A DNA stretch of 64,000 nt from Octopus sinensis (Eukaryota), in assembly GCF_006345805.1 (NCBI RefSeq), contig NC_043017.1, positions 11,780,001 to 11,844,000 of the forward strand, given 5' to 3'. The notes beneath the pieces were generated by a model, which did not search any database, was not told the DNA's origin, and was given only the letters and a program-made list of their open reading frames with translations. Shown here piece by piece: positions 63,806 through 64,000 of this stretch (the first letter of the stretch is position 1; each line of letters begins with the position of its first letter). Made by a program: the position numbers and the translations under genes.

Positions 63806-64000
63806 CTTTATTTAAAGCAGCAGAAATATAACAAAAGCTGTTACTCGGAGTTACACGTTCCCATTCGTTGGACAGTTTTTTTTTTGTTTTTTTTTAATAA
63901 AACTGTCCGACGAACGGGAACGTAAAACTCCGAGTACTCGCTTTGTTATATTTCTACTGCTTTAAATAAAGCATATTACTCTACCTCTGGTATTTGAGTA
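63806..64000. mobile_element. family P4 element with an inverted duplicate (two opposing hammerhead relics)
   Basis: Arms 63806-63879 and 63899-63971 are reverse complements with a few mismatches; each carries a decayed copy of the 4720 motif. Runs off the window end. Confidence 0.75.

Overview
AT-rich, repeat-saturated eukaryotic DNA with one 100-N assembly gap at 21581-21680. The tRNA-headed SINE families and the microsatellite density suggest an octopus/cephalopod genome, but this is inference from pattern recognition, not a database match. I cannot identify a host protein-coding gene: almost all long ORFs in the track are translated microsatellites or SINEs, and only weak candidate exons remain. 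The window holds at least four tRNA-derived SINE families, 5'-truncated RTE-type and Tx1/L1-type LINE remnants, two non-autonomous Helitrons, piggyBac-type (TTAA) MITEs, other MITEs and many micro/minisatellites. The most interesting signal is about 11 hammerhead-ribozyme motifs (CUGANGA...GAAA...UH with stems I-III) in five distinct short repeat families. One copy (6495-6529) keeps every core nucleotide, and one minus-strand element joins a tRNA-like Pol III head to a hammerhead (52435-52714). They resemble Penelope-type terminal-repeat or retrozyme relics. Repeat boundaries are read by eye and approximate unless a TSD or terminus is quoted.
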